DNA of 32,675 nucleotides, taken from NCBI RefSeq assembly GCF_011745625.1, contig NW_027191526.1, positions 1-32,675 of the forward strand. The letters run 5' to 3'. Under the pieces are notes generated by a model. It saw nothing but the letters and a program-made list of their open reading frames with translations. It did no database searches and was not told the DNA's origin. Below, in pieces: positions 11,121 to 23,899 of this stretch; positions within the stretch are counted from its first letter, which is position 1; every line of letters starts with the position of its first letter. Both the position numbers and the translations under genes were made by a program. Source of the stretch: Cladosporium halotolerans. Its lineage: Eukaryota.

Positions 11121-11162
11121 TATTAAAGTAATATATATATTTTGTTTTTATTACCACATAAT

Positions 11163-13718
<2,556 letters not shown>

Positions 13719-14027
13719 TTCATTGTAAGAGGGATTACAAGGGGTAATAAAAAAAAAACGGAAATTGATTATAGCTATACATATTAAGTATAGGTATAAT
13801 ACAATGAAAAAATTATAATGAATTAAAAGCTATAGTATTTGAACTTTATTAGAATGATTAAAAAATCACACATTTAATCAGTTAAGCTATTATATATAGA
13901 TTTAGATACAACTATTGTATATAATTTATGGTAATTATTTATAACAATACAATACTATACTAATAGTTTTTATTAAAAAATGCTTTATATGCTATAAGTA
14001 TATATTATATAAGTTTGCATTTTTTTT

Positions 14028-15503
14028 TTAAGCATGGTATATCAGCATAGATACAGAATAATGTAAACCATCTAATATAGGAGCAGGATATATACCTAAC
14101 ACTATTGTAAATGTTACTAATGTTAATAATATAACAAATTCTCTTTTGTTCAAGTCGGGTATATTAAATTTAAAGAATCTTGAATATGATCCTGCGAATG
14201 CTATTCTATTAAACATATACATAGTATATGCTGCACTTAATACAATAGAAGAACTAGCAAAGGCACCTAATAAAGGTAATCTTTCAAATGTTCCATATAG
14301 ACTCATAAATTCACCAACAAAATTTACAGTTAAAGGTGTTCCAGCATTACCTAAACAAAGTATGAAAAATAATACGGAAAATAAAGGCATTACTTGTGCT
14401 ATACCTCTATAAAAAGTAATTAATCTAGTAGATGATCTGTCATATAATATACCTCCAGCACATATAAATAGACCAGATGATACAAAACCGTGGGCTAATC
14501 CCAGTGTAATTGCACCTTCTATACCTTGAACTGAATTACTAAATACACCTAGTAAATATACTGCGGCGTGTGATACAGAACTATAGGCAATTAGTTCTTT
14601 AACATCTATTGTTCTTAAAGTACTAAAGCTAGCGTATATTATAGTTATAACACCTATTACATATATTACAGATGTAAAATAAATGTAAGCCTTAGGTAGT
14701 AATGGTAATATTAATCTTAATATACCGTATAGACTAAGTTTTAATACAATAGCTGCCAATATAATACTTCCACCTAAAGGTGACTCAACGTGAGCTTTTA
14801 AAAGTCAAGTGTTTAAGAATATAGTAGGTGTTTTAACAGCAAAAGCTATAAAAATACCATAAAATAAAAATAACTGAGTAGTAAAGTTAAAATTTGTTTT
14901 ATATAAAGCATCAAAATCGGTTGTTCCCATTATTGAAGACATTGTAAGTATAGATAATAATAGAAATAAAGAACCCAATAATGTGTATAAAAATAAGTAG
15001 AAACTAGCTCTTACTCTGTTACTAGAACCAAATAAACCTATTAATATAAATAAGGGAGGTAATATACTTTCAAAAAAGATATAAAAAAGTAATATATCTA
15101 GAACTAAAAACACTGCTAATAACAATGTTTCTAATAATAATATAATAATTACGTATGATTTTACGTTTTCCGATATAGAATTTCAATTAGATAAAAGTGA
15201 AATAGGCATTATCATCGTAGTTAAAAGAACAAAATATATAGATAGCCCATCCACTCCTAAATAAAAGTCAAAGCTATTTATTTTGTGGTATTCTTGTACA
15301 AACTGAAACTGATTGTTACTAAAATTAAATAACATAAATACTATCAAAGAAACAAAAAAGTTTATTATCGATGTAGTTAAAGCTATTACTTTAGTTTGTT
15401 TTAAACTTGAAGTTATAGAGTCTTTAGAGTCATAACTATGTGTGGTTGTAGAAATAAGGAATACACCCATTAAAGGTATTAAAAGTAATAAAATAAGCAA
15501 CAT
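14028..15503 (-). CDS. nad4: NADH dehydrogenase subunit 4, 491 aa
   Basis: WLLKAHVESPLGGS and KELIAYSSVSHAA; three track fragments lie in one frame. Confidence 0.97.
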
Positions 15504-15839
15504 AAATTAAATAAATATAAAACGAAATAGAAAAAAAAAATACATAAATTTTAATCTAATAGAATAGAATTGAATCTAAAAATATAGCGCAAAGCGTTTA
15601 ATAGAATCGAATATAATAAATTTACTTGATAAATACCAAATTTATGCTTTTAAGGGTAAATTGGTTAGTAAGGTTATAAATATCTTTATAACTTTGTTTT
15701 TAATATTTACTATATTTTGCCTGCACCAAAAAAAAAAATTTTTTTTTTGTTTAATAAGTAAATATATATATATATTTTTTTTTTTTAGATGTAATAAGAT
15801 TATCTATAATCAATATATAAGAGTAATATAGCTTACTCT

Positions 15840-17469
15840 TTAGAATAATGCTACGTTACTAGGTATTATATCAAAACTGTAAATAATACAAGGTACAATT
15901 ACAATGAAAGCTATAACTACCGGTAATAATATAGTTCAAGAGAATAACATTAACTGATCAAAACGTATTCTAGGGAAAGAAGCTCTAACTCAGATGAAAA
16001 CAAAAACCATAGTACATGATTTAATACCTAAAGTTAAACCAGAAATAAGTCCTTCTATCAATGGGCTAGAGAATATTTCAAGTTGGCTAACAATTGAGCC
16101 ATCATAATCAATTTCTTGTAATAAATACAATAATAATGAAAAGTTGAATAAGTAACCTCCTAAGAATAATATAGTAGTAAGTATACAGATAAGTACAATA
16201 CTACCGTATTCCGCTAAGAAGAAGAATACAAATACAACTGCAGCGTGCTCTGTCATAAACCCACTAACTAATTCAGATTCAGCCTCTGCTAAATCAAATG
16301 GAGCTCTGTTAGTTTCTGCTACAGAACCTATAAAGAATATAATAAACACGGGAAATAATGGCACTATAAATCATATAGATCTTTGAGCTTCTATGTTAAC
16401 AGTTAAATTTAAACTACCTGTTAACAGTATAACAAGTAATATAGCTGAACTCAATATCAATTCGTAACTTATTAGTTGTGCTGTACTTCTAAGTGCAAAA
16501 CATCGCATATTTATATACGATGTGGACCATGTCTTTATCTATTATTCCCTTGTTCATAATTATTTAATCAATTAAGTTAAAGATACTATTTATACACTAT
16601 TCAAATTAATTATTACCTCTATCAGCATACATGTAACCTCCAAACAAGTCAATTAAAGGTTGTAATAACTAATTAGTTTAGCATTATACGACAGTAAGTA
16701 TAATAACTTGCCCATTGAAAATATTTAATAGCTTTTTCGCATAACAATTACTTTTACCTTATAGTGTAAAAGAGTCTGCGTCAAATAATTATAACAAATA
16801 ATAGATAACGAACGTATGGCCTCTGAGGTTTCTACTAACGAATTAAGCGCTTTGGTTACCTGCGAATTGTTCACATTTAAAAAGATTTTTTACTTTAAAG
16901 CCACATAATATTGCAAATAAGGAAATTGCATATAAAGTACATAATAAACAATGTTTAAATCTTTATGAATTTCTCGCATATAGTTCGTTGTATTTTTTCT
17001 TTATGCGAAAAAATAAGTAAATATTTACATATATACTGGGCCACTTTGACCCTAAAAAAGCATATTTAGAATTAGCAGATCACCCTGCTAATAGTATACC
17101 ATAAGTAGCTAGTGAAGAAACAGCTAACATATATAATATACCTAGATCAAAATCTCATAGGGCTAATCCAGGACCATAAGGTATTACAGCATAACCTAAT
17201 AATGAAAAAATAAGAGTTATTACAGGACCTAAGAAAAATAATACAAGGTTTGCCTGTGTAGGGGAAACGTACTCTTTTAATAAAAGCTTAAGAGCATCGG
17301 CAAATGCTTGTAATAATCCATAATATCCTACTACATTAGGACCTAATCTTCTTTGCATACTTGCCATAGTTTTTCTTTCAGCTACAGTTACAAAAGCAAC
17401 AGTAAGTAAAACAGGTACAGTAACTAATAGAACTTCTATTATAGAAATAAATGTTGGTATATATAACAT
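15840..17469 (-). CDS. nad1: NADH dehydrogenase subunit 1; exon 1 17469-17049 (421 nt), exon 2 16495-15840; 358 aa
   Basis: [29 protein letters not shown] restored by splicing, [17 protein letters not shown]. Confidence 0.96.
16496..17048 (-). mobile_element. Group I intron in nad1 after nt 421, 553 nt
   Basis: P1 GGGU|CA..UGGCCC and terminal G; core motifs AACTATATGCG, AATTCGCAGGTAACCAAAGC, CTCAGAGGCCATACG, AAGACATGGTCCA. Confidence 0.9.
16565..16790 (-). pseudogene. Decayed LAGLIDADG remnant inside the nad1 intron
   Basis: Fragments [22 protein letters not shown] and FNLID are colinear with [22 protein letters not shown] and FNIID of the nad5 HEG. Confidence 0.65.
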
Positions 17470-17674
17470 GTCTTTATTAATTTATTATAGTAAAATTAAA
17501 AAAAGATAAAATTAATTTATTTTTTTTTTCATTAAACCTTAATTAAGTTTTAAGAGAAAAATAAGTATATTAAGTATCATAAGATGTAATATTTATACTT
17601 TTTATTACTAATTATTATAAAGAGGCTTATTTTATTAATAGCGTGTTTGCGAGCACTTTGCGAGACTAAATTAT

Positions 17675-17745
17675 ATGCGGACAAAAGATTTGCACTTCTA
17701 TCTATTGGACATGAGCCAATTATGTTGCTATTACACCAATCCGCA
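17675..17745 (-). tRNA. trnM: tRNA-Met(CAU), probably initiator
   Basis: Acceptor TGCGGAT/GTCCGCA, ATTGG-CT CAT GT-CCAAT. Confidence 0.92.
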
Positions 17746-17775
17746 TTTCTACATAACAATATATTTTGCTTTGCG

Positions 17776-17848
17776 AGCCAGAGGAGAAATTCGAATTCCC
17801 ATTCTTAATGCATGAAATTAACGTTCTAACCAGTTGAACTACTCGGGC
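17776..17848 (-). tRNA. trnM: tRNA with CAU anticodon (Met)
   Basis: Acceptor GCCCGAG/CTCTGGC (one mismatch), TTAAT-TT CAT GC-ATTAA. Confidence 0.9.
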
Positions 17849-17898
17849 TTTTTATTAAAGGTAAACTTTTATATTGCGCTAAAAAAAAATACTTTAAG

Positions 17899-17972
17899 GG
17901 AGGATACCCAGATTTGAACTGAGAACCTACTGTGCCACATACAGACGCTCTACCTATTGAGCTATATCCACC
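17899..17972 (-). tRNA. trnH: tRNA-His(GUG)
   Basis: Encoded G-1, anticodon GTG, T arm CTCAG-TTCAAAT-CTGGG, discriminator C. Confidence 0.93.
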
Positions 17973-18078
17973 TTTTCCACCTTTTACTAGGTGTATATCT
18001 ACTATAAAAAAAATTATGGTAAATACCTTACTAAAGTATTGTGTATAAAAATGTAATATAATTATTATACATTTTTTT

Positions 18079-18747
18079 TTATTTTTGTTTTATTGTTATA
18101 ACAATAGCTCCTACCATAGCTAGTAATAATATTATAGATGTTATTAATAGTCATAAAGGGTAGCTAGTATATATTATATTACCAATACTTGTTATATGGG
18201 ATGTTTCAGCCAATGCACCATCTCAAATGTGTGAACTAACAAATGATATATCATTGTTTGAACCTAAAACACTTATGTCTTTTATAGCCATAGGTGTGTA
18301 ATAACTAGAATAAGACATATTGTTTACACTTCCTATGTTAGAATATGCATAAATATTAAACATTGAAATTAAATTAGTTGGTAACAATTTGTATAATGTT
18401 ACATTAAAAAAAATACCTATCATTATGGCTAATGGAATACTGTTACTATTATCAGTAGTAAGTTCAGATATTCTAACATTAATTAACATTAGTATGAATA
18501 AGAATAAAATAGATACTGCACCTACATATACTAATAAATAAGATAAACCTATAAAGTTTATTCCTAATAACATTAAATAACCTGCTATGCTTAAAAATAG
18601 TCCTATTAAAAATAAAACTGAAACTATAGGATTTTTGCTAACTATAACAAAAATTCCACACACAATTGAGGCGAGTGAAACAAAAGTTAATAAACCGTGA
18701 CTTAAACCGTTAGTAAAGGTTTCATTTAAAAGATATAAATCTAACAT
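18079..18747 (-). CDS. nad6: NADH dehydrogenase subunit 6, 222 aa
   Basis: KNPIVSVLFLI, YVGAVSILFLF, LLLAMVGAIVI; reads through TGA to TAA at 18079. Confidence 0.97.
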
Positions 18748-18883
18748 AAAAATACATTATTAAACCTCAAGAAAAAAGCACTTTGCTAGATTATGTAATA
18801 AAAACCAATATACTATAGAGAATGTTTTTGTTTATTATATATATGAAAAACCATAATTATCTTTTAGTAGAAGGCCCTTCTAA

Positions 18884-19183
18884 TTATAAACGTCTAAGTG
18901 TCCGTCTTTCCTCTTGTAGGTTTTTAAGGTTATCTTTATAACCTTCTTCAAATTCAGCCTTCTTACTAATATATTTTTTCGTGGCTAATATAAGGTTTCT
19001 CTATTTCCAAGTCCTGCAACATCCGACCAAAAAGTAGTGCTTTATAAGATCAATATTCAGCATTACTCTTAATTTCTTCAGTTGTATTTTATCAATCCAA
19101 CCTTTCTTGGGTAGTTGGACCATCTGCGAGAAATAAATCCTGATCGATAGAAAAATACTTAGAGTAACTATAGAGTATAACAT
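18884..19183 (-). pseudogene. Possible decayed orphan ORF between cob and nad6
   Basis: Coding-like pieces in shifting frames: MLYSIVTLSIFLSI / DLFLADGPTTQERLDW*NTTEEIKSNAEYWSYK / KAEFEEGYKDNLKNLQEERRTLRRL*. Confidence 0.3.
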
Positions 19184-19235
19184 AGATATTACATGAGTTG
19201 TATAACTACCATATGTAATTAAAAAAAAACATATC

Positions 19236-20444
19236 TTAGTGTAGTAGGGAATTGTTTTTTTTGTTTTTTACATTTTTTATATCAAAAGTATTTACACTGT
19301 GTATATCAACTAAAGTATTTTCAATTAAACTAACTAAAGGTACAATTATTAAGAAGTGTGAAAAATATAAAACAGTACTTATTTGACCAAACTCTATGAA
19401 TGGTGTTTCAACGTGTTTAGCTCCAATTTGCATTAAAATTAAAAAGTTAGCTACAAATATAAAGAAAGCTATTTTACTTAAAGGTCTAAATTGTAAACCT
19501 CTAGTTCTTCCTAAATCTGTAAATGGCATAACTAATAATATTAATATAGCAGCAAACATAGCTATAACTCCAAGTAATTTATTAGGTATAGATCTTAATA
19601 TAGCATAGAATGGTAATAGGTATCATTCAGGTACTATAGCAGGTGGAGTTTGCATTGGGTTGGCCATAACATAATTTTCACTGTCACCTAAAACATTAGG
19701 CATAAAGAAAACAAATACTGATAGTACTACAATAAATAAGAATATAGTTATTAAATCTTTAAATATGAAGTATGGAGCAAAAGGTAATCTGTCATAATTA
19801 CCTGAAACACCTAATGGATTACCTGATCCTGCACTATCGTGTAATGCTATTAAGTGCATTAATGCTAATGCAGCTAATACAAAAGGTAATACAAAGTGTA
19901 ATGCAAAAAATCTATTTAAAGTTGCGTTATTAACAGAGAAACCACCTCAAATGAACTCAACTATATCTTGTCCCACTCATGGTATTGCACTCATAAGGTT
20001 AGTAATAACTGTTGCACCTCATAGACTCATTTGACCATAAGGTAAAACGTAACCTAAAAAGGCTGTAGCCATCATTAATATAAATATTACAGTTCCTATT
20101 GTTCACACTAGTGTTCTAGGTGCTCTGTAAGATCCGTAGTATAAACCTCTACCTATGTGTAGGTAAACTAAAAAGAAAAAAGCTGAAGCTGTGTTAGCGT
20201 GTAAGTAACGTATTAATCATCCGTTATTTACGTCTCTCATTATATGCTCAACTGAATTGAACGCTTCTAATACACTAGGATTATAATGCATTGCTAATGT
20301 TACACCTGTAACAATTTGTATTACCAAACAGAAACCTAGTAATGAACCAAAGTTTCATAAGTAACTTATATTTGAAGGTTGTGGTGAATCAACTAAATAT
20401 CCATTTACTAAACTAATTAAAGGGTGACTTTTAAAAATTCTCAT
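19236..20444 (-). CDS. cob: Apocytochrome b, intronless, 402 aa
   Basis: MRIFKSHP start, WNFGSLLG, PEWY motif. Confidence 0.98.
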
Positions 20445-20550
20445 TTTATTTATAATTATTATTTACATTTATATAATTTGAAGTGTATCTAAATTTATTT
20501 TTTAATATATCTACTTAAGGTATAATTAATTTTTGCCTTTTAAAAGACAT

Positions 20551-20621
20551 AATCTCATTCAAGAATCGAACTTACATTTAAATGTTAAAACCATCCAGCT
20601 TTACCCTTAGCCTATTTAGAT
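20551..20621 (-). pseudogene. Degenerate copy of tRNA-Arg(UCU); anticodon now reads TTT
   Basis: Ungapped 71-nt alignment with trnR 22718-22788, about 52/71 identical by hand count; acceptor and D stems damaged. Confidence 0.65.
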
Positions 20622-20629
20622 TTTTTTTA

Positions 20630-21266
20630 TTAAGAAACGTAATTAGCGGTATTTACAGCTATATATACAAACAGGCGATCTATTTATTTTTTCTGACGAA
20701 TATCCTCTAAATCAAATACGTGAGGATAAGGTATTTTTTCTATAACTGTTACTCCTTTATCAAATAAACTATCGTGATCGGTATCAAAATTCATACCTGC
20801 TATGTAACTAGGATACAAAAAATCTTTTGAAGGGTAGTCTGCATTTAAGTTATAAAATAAATCATAAGGGTATCTAATAGTTTAATGGAATAAACCCTTT
20901 ATAATTTGGTATATCATAATCAACTAAGAAAGAAATAAGGTTATGGTAAGCATAAAAAGCTATTTTTGTACCTTTTATACCTATCATAAAAGCTGAATAA
21001 GTTCCTGTGCTATTCTCTCATTCATCCATAGCCACAAGTACAGTATCGTGTAATTGTTCAACTATATGTGCTATGTTTTTACCTACAAGGCTTTTAACTT
21101 ATTTAAAAGCATGTGGTATAAATCATGAAGAAACTTGATTATTTGGATAAAAATTTTCTATAACATAATCGGGCTTCTTTAAAGTAACAGATTGTATTTG
21201 TTCTGGTACTATTGAAAATGTATCCTTGTTATAGTAGTTAATAGCTAAATATGAGGCAACTATACT
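20630..21266 (-). pseudogene. Decayed ORF with a PD-(D/E)XK nuclease-like motif
   Basis: FSIVPEQIQ...KKPDYVIE...PHAFK*VKSL...EQL...IKGTKIAFY...[10 protein letters not shown], then two frameshifts to IPYPHVFDL. About 210 codons with 3 internal stops. Confidence 0.65.
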
Positions 21267-21295
21267 TTAATCTTAAAATGTATTAAAATTTAATA

Positions 21296-21368
21296 TAAGG
21301 AATAGGTGATTTGAACACCTAACCTTCCGTGTGTAAAACGGTTGCTCCACCAATTGAGCTAATTCCTT
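21296..21368 (-). tRNA. trnV: tRNA-Val(UAC), copy 2 (identical to 707-779)
   Basis: Exact reverse complement of copy 1. Confidence 0.95.
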
Positions 21369-21396
21369 TTTTTTTTGTCATATAATAAAGTTTATA

Positions 21397-22149
21397 TTAT
21401 TGTTCTTGTAATCAAGATAGGAATTTTTCAAGTGATATAGATTCTATAACAATAGGCATAGAACTATGTAATATACCACAAATTTCTGAACATTGTCCAA
21501 AGAATGTTCCTTCTCTATTTACAAGTACAGATACTTGATTAAGTCTTCCTGGGTAAGCGTCACATTTAATACCTAAAGCAGGACAAGCATAAGAGTGTAT
21601 AACATCACCAGAAGAAATAATGAATCTTACGTGAGTAAGTTCTGGTAATATAACTCTATTATCAACTTCTAACAATCTTAATCCTCCGTCTTCTAGATCA
21701 GAGTCAGGTACTAAGTAAGAATCAAATTCTAATTCTTCGTCGTCGTTATTAAGAAAATCAGGATATTGGTAACTTCAGTATCATTGGTGTCCTTCAACAA
21801 AAACTGTTAGAGATGGATCTGTAACTTCGTCCATTAAGTACAATAATTTGAATGATGGAAATGCTATTAAAATTAATATTAAAGCAGGAGTTATTGTTCA
21901 TATTAATTCTATAAGTGTACCGTGGTTAAGGTATTTATTACTTATTGGAGATTTACTATAAACGTAATTTCTTATAATAGAGATTAATATTCAGGCTACA
22001 CCAAATAGTATAATAACTAGGTAAAACATAATATTATCGTGTAGTTCTACTAGAGCTTCCATTTGAGGGCTAGCACTATCTTGAAAATAAACACCTCAGG
22101 GTCTAGGTGCGTCACATGTAACAGTGAAAAAATTGAAAAAGTTAGTCAT
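21397..22149 (-). CDS. cox2: Cytochrome c oxidase subunit 2, 250 aa
   Basis: DAPRPWG, GHQWYWSY, CuA motif [12 protein letters not shown]. Confidence 0.98.
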
Positions 22150-22563
22150 TAATTAATAAAAAATATAAATATTAAAAGTTTTATAATACTGTTATCGTTT
22201 CTAGGTAAAACGAGTTAGAAAATTTAGAAATATTTTTATCCCTATTGTATGGCTAGTTAACATGCTTTATATTACAGATATTAAAATAGACTTATACAAA
22301 ACTCGAACTATCTGTATTAGAAGTATTATTTTATATTGTTTAGTTAATAATAGTTTTTTTATTTTTTTTATTTACTATAAGCAGCTCTTTTAAGTATTAT
22401 TATTGGACTCATTGTCAGAAAGATATTCGTAACCTGTAATATACGAATCTTCCTTTTTCATATGTGTTCTATATTTTCTTAAAAATAGTATATCATCATC
22501 CTTAGGTAATATAGGATTAGATATAGGTTGTCCAGAATAAATATAGTGTGTTTTTTTTTTTAC

Positions 22564-22724
22564 TCAAATAAACCAATAAACTATCGCTATGCTTTATTCT
22601 ATTTCTAGTATAAATATTCTTAACTCGTTTTTACGTAAAACTATAAAAAGTACATAAACATTATTTCAAATAAACCAATAAATTCTCGTTATGCTTTATA
22701 CTATTTCTAGCATAAATATTCTTA
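22564..22724. repeat. Imperfect direct repeat of about 59 bp (22564-22622 and 22666-22724) at the trnR 3' end
   Basis: TCAAATAAACCAATAAA...TATGCTTTA...TATTTCTAG.ATAAATATTCTTA occurs twice with period 102. Confidence 0.8.
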
Positions 22725-22788
22725 TTCAAGACTCGAACTTGAATCTAGATATTAGAAGTATCCTGCTCTACCATTAAGCTAATAAGAA
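22718..22788 (-). tRNA. trnR: tRNA-Arg(UCU)
   Basis: Acceptor TTCTTAT/ATAAGAA, anticodon TCT. Confidence 0.94.
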
Positions 22789-22833
22789 TTAATATGTATA
22801 TATACATAATTAATAATATATTGATCTGTGACA

Positions 22834-22905
22834 AGAGATACGGAGGAATTGAACCCCAAGTTTTCGATCTGCAATCAAAATGTAGAGCCTTCTACTACAT
22901 ATCCC
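22834..22905 (-). tRNA. trnC: tRNA-Cys(GCA)
   Basis: TTTGA-TT GCA GA-TCGAA, D stem GTAG/CTAC; ends uncertain by 1 nt. Confidence 0.85.
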
Positions 22906-22949
22906 TTAATAATGTATCTTTGTATTCATTATGTAAAGTTTTTTTATTT

Positions 22950-23022
22950 AAGCGAATATAAGACTCGAACTTACAACTGTTGTGTCCGTAGCACAACTCT
23001 CTACCGATTGAGATAAAACGCT
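22950..23022 (-). tRNA. trnR: tRNA-Arg(ACG)
   Basis: TTGTG-CT ACG GA-CACAA; acceptor has two U-U mismatches. Confidence 0.9.
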
Positions 23023-23067
23023 TTTTCGCTTAAATTATAACGCAAAATTTGTGATGGGCTAAATATA

Positions 23068-23138
23068 AGCCCTCAAGATGAATTGAACATCTATCAGAAT
23101 ATTAACAGTATTCCGCTCTACCGTTGAGCTATAAAGGC
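23068..23138 (-). tRNA. trnN: tRNA-Asn(GUU)
   Basis: GAATA-CT GTT AA-TATTC, acceptor GCCTTTA/TGAGGGC. Confidence 0.94.
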
Positions 23139-23267
23139 TTTTATACATTTTTTGTGGAGGGTACATAAATTAAACGCTTTACATTACTACTTTATAATTT
23201 ATATCGGGAAAAATATTACTACCTTACAATTTATATGAAAAAAATATATGTTTAATTATGACCGGAC

Positions 23268-23350
23268 TAGGAGAGAAGAGATTCGAACTCTTAAAAGTAA
23301 TACTATTGAGTTTACAGCTCAACCCTTCTTGCCAATAAAGGGACTCTCCT
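23268..23350 (-). tRNA. trnY: tRNA-Tyr(GUA)
   Basis: Acceptor AGGAGAG/CTCTCCT, TTGAG-CT GTA AA-CTCAA, long variable arm. Confidence 0.94.
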
Positions 23351-23817
23351 TTATTAATCTTATGATATTAAATATTTATCTAAAAGTAGTTTGTCGTTTT
23401 CCGTCTGATATAATATAATGTTTTATCTTATAATTACTTACGCCTAAACATGCTGCAGCTTTTTTTTATTAAGTGCATTTTTATTCAAGTACTTAGCGCG
23501 AAGCGAGCGCAGAGCGCTTTGCGACAATAATATTGGTTAATATACAGAAAATATTACATAAGTATTGCTATTATATGATTAATTCGCATATAAATACCAG
23601 CTTTATCTCTAATAAATTAACTTTATATGTATTACGGTAATAACTTTTTATGGTTTTTTACAAATTTATTTGGTCTATATTCAAAAAAAAAATATTGTAA
23701 TATAATTATAATAGCTTATATTACAATATTTAGTATAGTGTAGTATAGAATAAATGTTAATTAGCGCTTTGCGAGCGCGAAACGACAAAAAATATAGTTT
23801 AAAAAGTAAAAATATTA

Positions 23818-23867
23818 ACTATTTAGTTTACAGCTAAACCCATTATACCAATAAATGGAGCCTTCCT
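23818..23867 (-). pseudogene. 3'-truncated divergent tRNA-Tyr directly downstream of rns
   Basis: AGGAAGGCTCCATTTATTGGTATAATGGGTTTAGCTGTAAACTAAA: D and anticodon arms intact, T arm and 3' acceptor strand missing. Confidence 0.75.
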
Positions 23868-23899
23868 TTTTTTTTTTGGTGGGGGGGGGTGTTGTTAAT

